From: the human T2T-CHM13v2.0 reference genome, Homo sapiens
DNA: 64,000 nucleotides
Direction: 5' to 3' (one strand)
Assembly: GCF_009914755.1 (NCBI RefSeq)
Contig: NC_060942.1
In this document: in pieces, positions 46,361 through 60,364 of the stretch
How the letters are laid out: each line of letters starts with the position of its first letter
Position numbering within the stretch: position 1 is the stretch's first letter
The notes under the pieces: model-generated
The model's database searches: none
Seen by the model: only the letters and a program-made list of their open reading frames with translations
What the model was told of the DNA's origin: nothing
Position numbers and translations under genes: made by a program

Positions 46361-47264
46361 TCTGCAAGGTCAGCTTGATATCTCCATTTATCTGTCCATC
46401 TATCTAACACCAATTTTGTGATATAAAATTTGGCACCTGCTTTACACCTTTCACAAATATCAGCTTAAAACAGACTGTAGATCCAAATGTGAAAGGTAAA
46501 TAATAAGAAAAATAAGAATATAAATATTAGAACAATAAAACTTTCAGAAAAAAAGAAAAATAGAGGGGGAAAAGCAAAAATTTCAGAATCAGGGCAAATA
46601 TATGTATATAATATTTATGGAAAACATATATTTAGTCCTGGGGAATTTGATATTTTTCTCAAAGCCCAAATCTCTTTTTCAATTTGTTAAACATATTTTT
46701 TATTACTCTTCCCAGCCTGGATTGGTTGTTCTTACTCTACTGAAGAAGGGTAGCATATTTAGGGTGCATTATCTGATAAGAACATGAAGCATGGTACAGG
46801 TCATATATACCTAACCTCTTTAGTCTCTCTTCATTCATTTGATGAACATTTTATTATGATAGCATTAATACTTGCAAAGTGGGTCTTACTCCATTGGTGG
46901 ATCAAAAATTAAATTCTACATTTTATACTGGAAATAGGTATTTCTAACAAAAGACAAATAATATATATGAACATTAATAAAATCTTTTTTAGAGAAGATT
47001 TTAACATTAAATATAGCACCAGAAGAATATTCTTCATAAGTATTTACATCATTTAATGAGTTTCTTAGTTTAACTATTTTATCATACAGTGCCTTTGGGT
47101 TATCCCTTGTCCTCTTTCAGATTTAACTATATCTTAAGAGAAGTCTATTTATTGCTCATTTGTCTGACAGACTGTTTCTCACACTCCATGGAAGAAGCTA
47201 CAAGTACAAAGTAAATGTTTGAAAAATTCACTCTGGCTTATTTTAATGACTTAATAATAGTCAT

Positions 47265-47370
47265 TTTGTAAAACAGAAAATCTGGGACAAATGCTTCTAG
47301 GACATGATGACAGAAACATAGAAGTAAAGCAGAACTGTCCTGGGTAAAACTGAAGATCTGGTCACTCAAT
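47265..47370. mobile_element. MER94-like hAT remnant
   Basis: gaactgtcctgggtaaaactgaagatctggtcactc resembles the MER94 terminus, from memory. Confidence 0.4.
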
Positions 47371-48081
47371 CTACCTTAAAACAACAGTGACAATATAAAG
47401 TGGCCACCAGGATAGCACACAAAATGAAAATAACGTAGCACGAGTTGTGTATATTGAATTGCCACAGCCTTAAGTCCTATTATTCCCTGCAATACACCAT
47501 CCAGTAAGCAGAATTGGGTAACTACCAAATGATGGGAACTCTGAAAAGTTTAAATTAATGAGATCCTTGAAATCAAATTAGCAAGGAATGTAAACAGAGA
47601 GTGAAAAAATGCTTTTTGGGGGACCGAAGGGTCCAAAGTTCAGCATGCATACCTGAGTGGGGTCACTGTGGCTGGATCAGAGGTGCCAGTGGTATTTGGA
47701 AATGCAAAGAATCAAAATGACTTGTAGTTTGTATCCATTCTAAGTGAACAAAAGTGTGCTTAGAAAAAAAAATTCTCTTAGAATCATACTTTAATTAGAG
47801 TAGCTTATCAGTTCACTTATTCTGATAATAAACATACAAATATAATTACTAATGTAATCTTGGGTTCCATTATTGTGTGGACAGTTGACATTGTTTGCAT
47901 TACTCTGGAGAGACTTTTCATAATTGCAAATTTAAAATATTAATTATGTCTTTCTAGCTAGTTTCCAAATCTTGGCAACTTTTCATAGCAAAAGGTCTTT
48001 ATAAAAATAAGTTCAACACAATATTTGACTTTGCTTATTTTATCAATCACATTCTTTGCAGAAACTTATTGTAACATAGGT

Positions 48082-48618
48082 CAGTGGTCCTTAACTTCTT
48101 TGGCACCAGGGACCAGTTTCGTGGAAGACAATTTTTCCATGGTCAGGGTGGGGAGTGGGCATGGGGATGGTCTGGGGATGATTAAAGCGCATTACAGTTA
48201 TTGTGCACTTTATTTCTACTATTACTACATTGTAATATATAATAAAATAACTACACAACTCACCATAATGAGGAATCAGTGGGAGCCCTGAGCTTGGTTT
48301 CCTGCAACTAGATAGTCCCACCTGGCAGTGATGGGAGACAGTGACAGATTATTAAGCATTAGATTTTCATAAGGAACATGCAACCTAGATTCCTCACATG
48401 TGCAGTTCACAATAGGGTTTGCAATCCTATGAAAATCTAATCCCGCCACTGATCTGACAGGAGGCGGAGCTCAGGTGGTAATGCAAACCATGAGGAGCGG
48501 CTGTAAATACAAATGAGGCTTAGCTCTTTTGCCTGCTGCTCACCTCCTGCTGTGCAGCCCGGTTCCTAAGAGGCCACAGACAAGCACCAGTCTGTGGCCT
48601 GGTTGTTGGGAACCCCTG
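48082..48618 (-). mobile_element. MER1A hAT-Charlie element
   Basis: Termini cagtggtccttaac / gttgggaacccctg; perfect 8-bp TSD ACATAGGT at 48074-48081 and 48619-48626. Confidence 0.92.
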
Positions 48619-51600
48619 ACATAGGTGACACAGGATGTACACTTGTACCACGTGCTTGAAAGGAAAACGTTAGTTTGGTCATCTCTGGAAATTGCATTTA
48701 CTGATATATTTTTCATTTTTATGACAGAAAATTTTAGTGTGATAATAGTATCTTAACAGAAGATAATATATTTGTTGTGTGTGTGAAATGAAGCATTCTT
48801 GTAATGTTTAAAGGTGCTAACCTGTATAAAACTACATAGAAATTTTAAAGATTGAGAGCATTAATGAAAGCATCAATAATAATTTATCCAAACATCAGAT
48901 GTATTCTGCCATCACTGAGTAAAACCTGAGGTAAAGGTAGTGTAACTCTGTCTCTGTTGAGTTATGTAAATTTTATTATTAACCAGGAGTTATGCAGAGG
49001 ATGAAACTATTCTCATGCAGATGTTTAACATGGCTTACAACTTTATTAAATGATGTTCTTTCCTGTGTCACATAGAATGCTTTATCCACTGGTGATTATG
49101 GGAAGCATATAAACAAAAAATCATAAAAAGTGAAAAGTTTTCCTATGCAGACTAATTTAGATATTATGTAAACAATAGAGAAATTAGCAACCTGTGGCGA
49201 GGGCATTTTATAATTAAAGCTTACATTTATTATGGAATACTAAAGTACAGGTGCCACAGTATGCTATAGTGTTTGAATGCCAAGATTCCAGCTGTAGATT
49301 TCAAAATGACATTTACTTTAGAATGTTATATTTTATTCATTTTGAATTCAATAGTAAGGAGATTAACTGTTCTTTTCTTACAATGTAGATATAAATTTAA
49401 TGGAAAAGCTATTTTTACATCCAGTTTTAGTACAAGTATACTTTGATTAATCTGAAACAAATTTATTGAGATGTTAGGTTGTATAATTGTCAACTTCAAT
49501 GTTATACAGATCAAATAATATTATAGTGATCCACACTCTGCATATGTAATTTCTGCAACAATAAAACAGGATTAAGATGAATGAGGTGATCAAATGATCA
49601 AATACATGACATAAGAGTTGTATAGGTATATCTGCTCACTCCTTCACATTGGGAACTTATTTTATTAGTACAAGGATAATTATTTTTCTACCAGTACTGA
49701 CTGACCCATTCTTGCTGCATTTATACTTGAGCTGCAATTACTCTACAACCTAAAGTCTCGAAGTGAAACTCAGGAAACAGATAATATTTTCTCACTTGTC
49801 ATCTTAACTGGGCAAAGTGTTCTTCAAATTTTTTATTTTTCTGTCCATAGTCACCTAAAAACTAGGTCATTTTTATTATTTTTGTGCTGCATTTTTGACA
49901 CCTCTACTTTTTATAATCTGAGATAATGGAATTTAAGTAAAACAAATTAGACTGTTTAATAAATCAAACAATATTATATTTAGAAGAATAAGAAGAGAAA
50001 TTCATCCCAGTCTCAGTCATGTTCAACTTATGTTCCCAAAGGCAAGAGATTTATAGAATCTAATTCACAAATGTGATAAATTTTGAAAATTCATGATTTT
50101 TTATTTTCCTGAGTATTAACTGAAATTAAATTTGTATAGATTTTCCATACAAAGCTTAAGGTGAATTTAATATTTCTATAAAAGCTCTCCTTTATGACAT
50201 ATTGTACCATATTGTTGATGAAGAATATTAAATTTTCTATATGCTTTTCCAAAAAATGCAACTTAAAATATTGCATAATAATTACAGAGATCATTATAAC
50301 ATATTATATTTGAATTTAAAATCTGAAATGCCAAAATAAGCTTCCTTAAATAGTAAGGTAAACAGAGTCTTACTCACTAGTTATCCCCATTCATTTTCAA
50401 AAGCATCTGGTTTTGAAAATAAAAGGAAATGGTTATTGCAAGTGGAAGGAATGTTGGACACTTGATAATATTAAAAATGATGCCCTCAGTGACTACAGAT
50501 ATGAAAAATTTGGTGGAGGATATTTATTTGGAAAAGCTCCAAAGAGAGTGGATAGTCTTTTTACTAGACAATATATTCTCCTTGCTTTTATTAGGCAGAA
50601 ATATGTGAAACTAAATTTTAAGGAAGTCAGATTTTAAATTTTCCTTTTGCATTTGCACATACACAGACATATAAACAAAGTCTATTAACACTAATGATCA
50701 TTCATAATGTGTACAATATCAATATCTATTTATTATGGTTGTTTTCCACGTAATGTGACTGGCTAAAGCATGTTTCACTTTTAGCAGGATTTTGTGCTGA
50801 TTTGCAGAAGATAAGTTACCCGACTCTGCTTTGGTTTAATTGCTTATTAAGTAGTATACTACACGTATTTTAAATGCCCCTTCTTTTTTTTTTTTTGACA
50901 TTATAAGGTTTTAGGTAAAACTAGCAAATATTACTGAAATGGAAGATTACATATTTGATAGGCTGGCTATTCAGATACAATTTCAGAATGATTTCCATGA
51001 ATTTCACATCTCCCGAAATCTTCTATTTATATCCTAAACTATTCTAATCACTTATTTAGCATTTTTTTGTCCACCCATGTACTCACTCATTTATTTATTC
51101 AATCCTTCCAAATCTCAGTCACTCTATGACTTGTGGTCTAATAAATCTTATATTTTTGGATGGCAGAAAAATAGTAACTTTGCAAATCCAAAGTGACAAT
51201 TGGGAAAGCATAATGTTTTATCTCAACTCTACTTGAAAGTTCTAGTTTGAAGTTAATTTCATTTCAAACATAAATGCAGTCAGTAAAAGCCCATCATTAC
51301 TTGTAAAGAAATGTGTGTTTAATAAGCAACAAGTTAATAATTTTCTTGATTTTATCTCATGACATAATGAAATATGGATTCCCTTCAGTAATTCAAACCA
51401 AATTCTGAGTTCAAGTGCAGATTCAAATATAATAATAGGCAGTTCACTTCAATACAACAGAAATATATGTAAGAAAAAGAAACAGCAAAATGTTTGCAAT
51501 AGTTGTTTTTGAAGAATAAAGTAGCTGGCTAGGAAATTCGGAAGTAAGGTCAATATTCAAAAACTTAAATGGCCGTGGATATAGAAAGATAATGAAGAAT

Positions 51601-52049
51601 TGAAGTTATATTTAGGTAATAAAACCCGCAGTATTCATTAATTTAATACTGAGATTGAGGAAAAAAGATAAATCACATATAATTTTATTAATTGATTTAT
51701 TTACTTCACAGTCAACAAAAATGCAGGAATGCTTCAGAAGGAAACCGTTGCTAGAAGTTTGGCAAAGCAATAGAAATATTCCCCTATTTCCATATTATAT
51801 AACACTTCTAATAGCAACTGACCATCACTCAGCTGGCCTCTCCCTCTCATGGAAAGGTTACACAAAGTGCTCATTAGTTCTTGCATGATTTCATACAAAG
51901 CCTGGACCCTAACTGGCACTCACACAGTATGTATTGATTACACAAATTGAAAAGATAATTTGTACCTCTATCTCAAATTGCAATGCACAAAGAGATTTGT
52001 GCTTGCTAGATATTGCACAGACCAAACCATCTTTTGCAATCTCTCTGAA

Positions 52050-53240
52050 CATCTACAGTGGGGCTGCACTGATACCATGATACCAATAATTCTCTCATGG
52101 GTTCACTACCCAACTCTGTAAAATGGCAGTATTGTACCTCCTCTTCTCTAAAATTTTACCCATGCTCTCTCAATTACTGCCTTCGCATTATGCTTCACTG
52201 ACAAAATAGAAACGTTTATTAACTGATTGGTTATGAACAAATATGTTAACATATAATCTGTCCCTTCTATAAGTACAATGGATTCCATGACCCTTTCTTT
52301 TTTTTTTTTTTTTTCAAGAACAGTGTTTTAGAAGTTATGTCCTTTTACTTTGCTTCAAATAATATTATTCTCTGGAATCATTCCCCATAGTATATAACAG
52401 TGCTGTTCAATTTCCTTTCTTAAAAAACAATTGAATAGTCGTAAACAAGCAAAAAGTCCTCTTGACCTTCATCTTTTTCTACCTAGCATCTCACATTTCA
52501 TTTTCTCCCTGTGGCGTAACACCTTTTAGACTTGGCTTAAATCATTATTACTTCCTCTTATTCTTCCTTTTATGCCATACAATAGTCTTCAGTGTGCTGT
52601 AATAGCACAAATTAAACTGTTGTACTTATCAAAAAACCAGGGGTCTTCAACTTACCAAATCAAAAGTCACCACTCTGTCTTAATCTTAGCCTCACAGCAG
52701 CATTACACACGGTTGAGGGATTTCTTCTTTTGGAACATCTTTTCTCATATTTTTCCCTTCTTCCTACAACGCTTGCCAATCCCACTCATTCTAATTTGCC
52801 AGCCGACTGCTTTTTGCTTAACAGTCAAGTCAGCCTGGATGCTTTTCTCTTCTCCAGCTACATTCTCTGCCAAAGGGATCTCATTCATTGCCATGCCTGA
52901 CATACGTGTTATATGTTGATGACTTCCATATTGATGTATACAGCCCTGAGCACTCTGCTATGGATTCTTTTTTCCTAGAATGTGGTATGGATGGCCTCTT
53001 TGTATAATTCACCTCAAATATCACCTCCTAAAATGTCCCGTTTCCTCCAGACAATTAATAATCATCATACCTCACCCATACATAACACTTTTATACTATA
53101 CATGATCATATATTACCTCCTTTAATTAAAATAACTATTTCTTATTTGTATATAACTAAAATGTGTTTCATATTAGCAGGTAACTCCTTTATCTCCTTTA
53201 CAATTTTATCTATAGTTTCAAAGGAAGATTCCTAGCATGT
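52050..53240 (+). mobile_element. Degraded L2 remnant
   Basis: tcacagcagcattacacacggttga, gatgacttccatatt, cacctcaaatatcacctcc. Confidence 0.55.
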
Positions 53241-53254
53241 TACATCATAATATA

Positions 53255-53410
53255 TGCAAGAAGAAGAAGAAGCAGTGGCAGAGGAAGAAAAGCAAGAAGC
53301 AGAGGGAGGAAGGAGGAAGAGAGGGAATAAGGAGACAGAGGGGAGGGCAGTAAGGGAAAGGAGTAGAAGGTGGAGAAGGGGGAGGAGGAGAGGGAGGGAT
53401 GAGGAAGGTG
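53255..53410. repeat. GA-rich purine tract
   Basis: About 155 bp, almost purely purine on the + strand. Confidence 0.9.
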
Positions 53411-54432
53411 AACTGTTTCTTTGCCTACCTACCAAAATAGAGTAATTTAAAGTGCTATTTACATCTCATAATAATTTGTCTTGATATATATTACACAGGC
53501 AAATTTGTTTCTGCTGTATTTAAAGACCTATGTTCCAAACAATGTAGAAATACATCTTTAAATTCCTACCTGGAATGTTAAAAATCAAGAATCAGAAAAT
53601 TATATGATGAAATATGTATTTTTGGAATCATTGGCTAATGAATCAAGTAATGAGGTAAAGTAGTTATAAGCATGTTACCGTAATTTAAAATGGCCATTAT
53701 CAAGTCACATTTATTTGTCACTGTTAAGTAAATTTTTGAATTAAACTTTCCAGTATATTGTGCTACAAAAATTTTTTGAGTGAATAACTGAGAGAAGTTG
53801 TGCATAATCACAATTTCCCCTTTACTGGAAAGACATTTCTAATTTCCAAGACAGTCAATTCTTATATCTTATGGAAACCATTCTCTCCTAAATGCATTAT
53901 ATTTAAAATATTAACAACAACAACACTGGGTTTTGAAAAGTATCTTTGAATAAACACAGCCACACACAGGTGTTCAACCACTTAGTTTTGTCTTAGTGGT
54001 TTTTTCTTCATGATTTTGATGTATACAATAGAGTCTAATAAATTCACTTTTCCTATTTTTATGCATATCTTGCAGGATTATCTTATTTGCTTTTATGAGA
54101 TACAAAAATATATTTTGTTTTGAAAAAGAAATTCTTGTACTTAAGAACCTAGTAAATGAACAAGGTCTAAAAACTTACGAATTGCTCAAATAAACATATC
54201 TAAACTTCTTTTATTCCTGTGAAGGCTGAGATATTTTAATAACATTAATATGTAGTACCCTTTTCTCAAAATTTTGATGCATAGTCTAATTTTTCAAATA
54301 TTTTACTTAAACATATTTGTAGAAGGAAGTTCTAGTATAGACCCTTAAATCATCTACTTCCAAAACATATCCTTCAAATTTTAAACCTGCTTCATTGTTA
54401 ATATATCTTTGATGTAAATTAATATGCAATAC

Positions 54433-54727
54433 CTTCTGGAGACATCTCTGGTACAATGGCCTCATAAGGTTCATCTAGGAATTTTGGTTCATTGTCATTG
54501 ATATCCGAAACTTTGATGACAAACTCAGACTCAGGTTCCACAGCCCTTCCAGTAGCGATGTCTATTACCTGGGCTCTTAAGATGTAGAGGGATCGCTCCT
54601 CTCTATCAAGCTTCTGTATGGCATATATGTCACCTGTTCTTTCATCAATGATAAAAGTACTTCCAGCTCCAGCTCCCAAAAGCTTGTACTGGAAAGAATT
54701 GTTTCCATTGTCTAAATCAGATCTTAG
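54433..54727 (-). CDS. CDH19: CDH19 exon 3 (295 nt), EC1 and EC1-EC2 linker
   Basis: LRSDLD...[14 protein letters not shown]...[11 protein letters not shown]...PEMSPE; acceptor tttccatttgcag, donor G|GTATTG; in frame with the previous exon. Confidence 0.97.
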
Positions 54728-57700
54728 CTGCAAATGGAAAGAGGGATCATTTAGTTTCCAAACATCTGAAATGGACAAATCAAAATCAAGATTTTCTTTT
54801 TATGTATGTTAATTATTCCCCAAGTTAATGATTTTATATTATTTCCACATTACATTAAATGAGGCAAAATATTAATATCAAGATTAAAATCTATCACCAG
54901 GGAGAAGGAAGAGTGAATATTTAGTGTAAAGAACTATACACATTTCATTATTCTAAACAGAAACAAAAATAATTGGATAATAAAGCTTCTTTTGTAAGTT
55001 ATGCACAACATAGTTGGTTCAGTTTTTATTTATAATTAAATTCTCAGTCACTAAAACTATACTCTCAAATATTTATACTAGATTGGGTCCTTGAGATAGA
55101 TAGAAAGACAATTTAGTGACATTTAAACACTGATGTTCTATCTCTTGCATGAATATACATGGAAACAAGAAAATATTAGGATGAAAATTAGGGTTCATAA
55201 AGATAATGATAATCTTGACTGTTCATTAGGTATTTATTACATGTCATAAAATCTATAAATTGCTTTATATTAGTGTTCTCAAGTAATTCTCATATCAATA
55301 TTATGAAATACATATTATTGATATGATCAATTTTTCTATAGAGAAGAAAAGTGAGATTTTGTTTTACAAACTTTTTTCAGAGTCATATGGTCTTTGTGTA
55401 GATATAGAATTTACACCACGAGGCTATCAAATCTTCTATGAGGCTGTCAAATTTCAGACTGTCCACTGACAACAACTCAGTTACATCTTCTTTAGCCCTT
55501 GGGTTTTAGCCATAAAGTATAAAACTTTCTTCTCAATATATTCTACCTAATTCTCAAATACACACTTTCAGCCTGTGCACTCATTTTCATATTTTCAAAA
55601 AGCAAAGTAAATTAGTTCATCATTCATACTGTTGAGGTATTATTTAGAATTTTTAATTTATCTGTAAAAAAACCCGTCTAATTCTGATATAGTTAAAATG
55701 ATCACATAGCTTTTCATATCAGAATTATTTGTATGTAAGAGAAGAATGTCATGGTTCCCTAATCATTGTGAATCCACATTTTCTTGATTCACCATTTATG
55801 AAAATGCTCTTATTCACAGTAAGAGTTCCTCTGAAAATTTACAAAGATAATCATGAAATCAGTTGTAAACAAATTCATGATTTTTCTGATGGCTTAAGTT
55901 ATAATTTCTTATTCTGGATAAATTAATACACTTTCTTTGCGGTTGTGGAGAAAATCTGAAGGTACTAGTAACTAATTTTGCATTTTAATAACATGCCGAA
56001 TATCAATGCTATGTAATGAAAAATAACATCCAGATTGTCTTTCTGGTAATACTTCTTTTGATAGTTCTTAATTATTCCTAAAAGAAATTCTTCATGCGAT
56101 GATGTAAGAAATTGAGGAACAAATTATACAATCAAATCAATATATCAAGTGAGCAATGTATGGTTCATATTTTTAAATTATATCATTTCAATATGATTTG
56201 ATAATTTATTTGATATTATAATGAAGATAAATTAAGTTTAGTAATAAGTAAATATATTGCAAGTATATGTGCAGTGTAATTTTCAAAGACAAGTAAGCTT
56301 GACATTTTTAAGACCCAGATTTAAGGGAAGACAGAAACAAAAACGAAAAAGCTTACTTGAACACCAGCCTTTTAATGTCATAAAATGCATATGTTAAACA
56401 CATTTCAATCAAATGGCCTGTAGTATTATACAATTTTCTATATTTTTATTCAAAAAATATTTTCCTAATTAGGCTGCTACTATCAATTTGCTAAACAAAT
56501 ATCACTTCAAATTTTCACTTAATTGTACTTCCCAATCTTAATCATTTTTCAAACAAATGGATCAAAGAGAGTTATCTTGAACGCAGCAGCTAAATTGTAT
56601 ATTTACTAACTCTTTTGACAAGCACCTAAACATTCATTATTGTTCTTTTTGAAATCAGTGATTCACTTGTTTTTTAAGCCTGATGAGTTTGTGTAGCAGA
56701 AAAACATTTTTCAGAGTAGTTTCATAAATATGTCTCTGAAATGAAAAAATAGGCAAAACCAATCACTGTGAGAAAGGAGGTAAACAGAGATTCATGTGGG
56801 GAGTAGAAACAAACAAACTAGAAAATGTGACAGCCCCAGAGGTGGCCTGTGTTCCAATTACACTGATGCACTTCCCTATAACACCTTATTTACTAAAAGC
56901 CAATAGCTGATTTTAGCCTGTCACCCCATTCAGTGATGGGAGAGTATATGGTGTTCTGTGCAGTCCACTGTAAAGGTAGCTAGAGACTCAGTTACTGAGT
57001 CGGCACCTAACTGTGGACCTTCTTAGTGCCAACTGTGCGTATTATTTACCTGTAGTCTGAGTCGAAAATAAAAGGGGTTGAGAAATATTTCTTGTAATGT
57101 GTGTGTGTGTGTATGCGTGTGTGTGTGTGTTCACAATACACCCTCCTCCCTGCACGTTTGGAAATACTTGCCTAAAATCCTAATCTAAGGCTTTGGTTGA
57201 ATGTACTCATATACATTTGGCTGATAACACAGGTGAAGTTCTATGGAATCCAGATACCATGCTAACACTGCAGCTCTCCTGAAAGGGCTAGAAAATGAGA
57301 GTTAATAAATTTTGAGTGCTTCACCCTTTGGGCCCAATTAAATTTTAGTGCCAGTTAATTAGCGGTTAAACTTATTTCAGTTCATTTATCTAGAGAAAAA
57401 GCCTTATGGAAAAGGACATGATATTGTAATCACCTTTGTTTAAAGAAAACCAAATAATAAAATACAAGCCAAAAACATAAATAGGAGATGCTTTGTCTCA
57501 TTAAGGAATTGTTCTTAAAATATATTCTTTTAAGAAAGTGAACATAATTATTCCTTTTACTTTAACTTTACTAATCAATTTAAGTGTGTAGGCTCCTGAA
57601 GCTACTTAACTGTAGGAGAATATGGTATTAACCTGCTTCATTAAAAATGAACGAGGGGTAAATCAACAGCTACTTAGCGTAACAGAAAATCGGGCTAAAT

Positions 57701-58026
57701 ACTGTTGGTAAATGATATTTGTCTCACTGTGACTGCTTAGATTCATTACCAAAAATAACGCAATAAAGTTTCCAGATGTTGAAAATGAGGGCTGCATTTT
57801 CATACGGGATACTGAAGTGAAATTTAAAAACCAGAGCTATCCCTCTTCAAGATTTTAGTGGATGTTTTAGGTGCTTGCAAATCTGAAACAATTATTGATG
57901 CTGCTGTTTGAAGCTTTTCAATGGCTTCACTGTAAAAATGTGGAACTCATCAAATCTCCAAACTTCTCCAACATATTTATTTACATTGTTGTGCTATTTA
58001 CTGTAACATTTTAAATAAATAAGTAC

Positions 58027-58221
58027 CTGGCCGATGTGATGACTAGTCGTATTCATTTCCTCTGGTACAAAAAATTGGTTCCACACCCAGCCACGCTTCA
58101 CTCTCAAATGAGATCGCACTGGCTGCTTGACTTTCTTTGTTTGAGAGTTTTCTGTTGCTCCAAGACAAGGCCATAGGAGAGGAATTCCCAACATAAAACG
58201 CAGCAGTAAATAACAGTTCAT
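58027..58221 (-). CDS. CDH19: Cadherin-19 first coding exon (exon 2): signal peptide, prodomain, start of EC1; 195 nt
   Basis: Translates MNCYLLLRFMLGIPLLWPCLGA...RVKR/GWVWNQFFVPEE...HHIGQ: hydrophobic leader, RxKR convertase site, type II cadherin Trp2/Trp4 motif. Donor CAG|GTACTT at 58027/58026. Confidence 0.97.
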
Positions 58222-58333
58222 TGCGTTGACTCTTTTGATTCCAACTATTACTCTTCAGAGGAAACAGGACGTCACTAACAAAAATCTTGCTTTCTTTTAT
58301 AATCTTTTCTGATTCTGTGTACCTTCTATATAC
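58222..58333 (-). other. CDH19: 5' UTR part of CDH19 exon 2 (112 nt)
   Basis: Acceptor tttgttttgtttctgacgctttag|G at 58334/58333; no ATG between it and the start codon. Confidence 0.8.
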
Positions 58334-59739
58334 CTAAAGCGTCAGAAACAAAACAAAATTTGACATTTTAAAATAACATTTTCTCACATAATTACTAAAG
58401 ACAGGTTACAACTTCTGCATCTGACAAAAGTGGAATAAAAATAAACATTTAATTTATCTTCCAATTAAGCTGGCTAATTATGATTTGTAGCTCAGCAATA
58501 ATTTGATTAGAATAATTATAAATTTCCACTCAGGCACTGCTAGTTTTAAACTGCAGTCATAAATCTGCCTGAAAGTTGAAAGATTGCTCTGGGAGTCTCC
58601 TGGATTGACAGCTGACATTGAGATAGACTTCCTTTTAATTTGACTTGCTTACTTTCTCCATTCTTTCTCAGTAAAATACAAACTATCTCATTAAAGCAAC
58701 AGTCAATCCAGGAGGAAAAAAGTCTTATTTTTCCTTTTTATATTTGATAGAGATAAGCTTCCTCATCCAATTTCCCAAATTATGGTATTTTATGTAGTAA
58801 TTAAATAGACAAAATGACAATTCAGCTTAAAACTGGTGAATTCAATAATCAGTTACACTGATACTATAAAACACTGAATAGAAAGCTTGCATAAGATATT
58901 TACTCTTTTTTAATTTCAAAGATATGGGGAAGAAGTGTTTATCAGCTTAACAAAAACAAAATCCTCTTAGGACAATAAATACAAAATGATTGTTCCTGGG
59001 TAAGAATGGGTGAATGTTTGTAATATGTAAGAATGATATGAAATGTATCTTCTAGTATTTAAATATTAAAACAAAAGACTCTGGCTATTGAGTTTTACAT
59101 TTAAAACTTTCCATTGACCCAAGGCTCTCTCTTCATGATGGGTACCTCTAATCCTTATATGTAACTTAATAGTTTTGCATTTCCAACATCTACATCCAGC
59201 CAAATTTGATTTATTTTATGAAGAAAAATAATTTTGTAAGATTCACAATGGAGTTTAATGTCATATAATCAACAGAAAAGCCAGAGTTCATGTTAGGACT
59301 TTTTCTACATGATTGTGTTTTGAATCTTCTGCCTGTATTTTTGAATGACTCCTTAGAGATTTTTTAGGTCTTTGGCTCGTGTTAAGAGGAGTTGTTAAAA
59401 AACACCTAATTAAGAAAGTACACAGGGATTCTGTGGTCCCGGTATACTCCCTTTAAGCAGATGTATTCCTTGTTAAAAGTTTACTTAATGAAGGTCATAG
59501 AGAAATTCAACTGAGGTGAAATTTATCTTTATGTTACGTATTTGAAATTCAGATAAATCTGCTCTTTAGAAATTGCTAAAATATATATTTTTGGTAGCTG
59601 ATGAATAAAAATATTTGGAACTGGTACAATACTATTCATGAAAAAGATATTTTTTTATAAGTTTGGCAAATTATTACCAACACTGATATGAAGTTAGCTG
59701 GCTGTGTTTCAGTGAATATAATTTTTGGGAACTTTATAT

Positions 59740-59910
59740 TATGGTATTTTGATACATATAAAGATAAATAAAATAGTGTAATGAACACCTGGATATCATT
59801 ACCCTGTTTCAGTAATTACCAACACATGGTCAATATTGTGTCATTTCTACACGTGCTCACTTTTTAATATTAAAACCAATTTCAAATTCATATCATTTTA
59901 ACCACTGAAG

Positions 59911-59948
<38 letters not shown>

Positions 59949-60330
59949 GTATACATGTTATGTAAGTGTGTATACACACTTTTAAACATCAAAGCTTAAA
60001 ATTAAGAAAAAATTTTAATATAATAAAATATTCATACAGTGTTCAAATTAAAAATCTTTATCTTTGAATTAAGATTTAAATATGTCCACACAATGCAGTT
60101 TTTTGGTACATTTCTCAATTCTCATTTGGTCTACAGGTTTCCTCCAATTTTTCTTTCCGTTTATATGCTGAAGAGTCAAGGTTATTTGTCCTACAGAGTT
60201 TCACATAGTCTGAATGTTGCTAATTGTATCACTGTTGTGTGATTCAGTATGTTTCTTTATCCTCCATATTTTTTATAAATGTTTAGGGGCTTGATTAGAA
60301 GTAATATAAAATATTCATCAAAAATATTCA
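59740..60330 (-). mobile_element. Old L1 (L1MC/ME) 3' fragment with (CA)n at about 59912-59947
   Basis: aaaatagtgtaatgaacacc...; ttgtcctacagagtttcacatagtctgaatgttgct. Confidence 0.6.
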
Positions 60331-60364
60331 TAGCCAATCCTATTGCATGACATCTTTAGTAGAC

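Larger units (their letters stand above)
45250..46570 (+). mobile_element. Old L1M ORF2 remnant containing a truncated Alu
   Basis: ttgtactgaacttcctagacaatgcaatgaggcaa; aaaatttgtatggaaaaacaagga; ctttacacctttcacaaatatcag. Confidence 0.75.

Noticed and set aside
52572-53445. 115-aa ORF and Glu/Arg-rich ORFs
   Set aside because: Derived from an L2 remnant and a GA-rich simple repeat.
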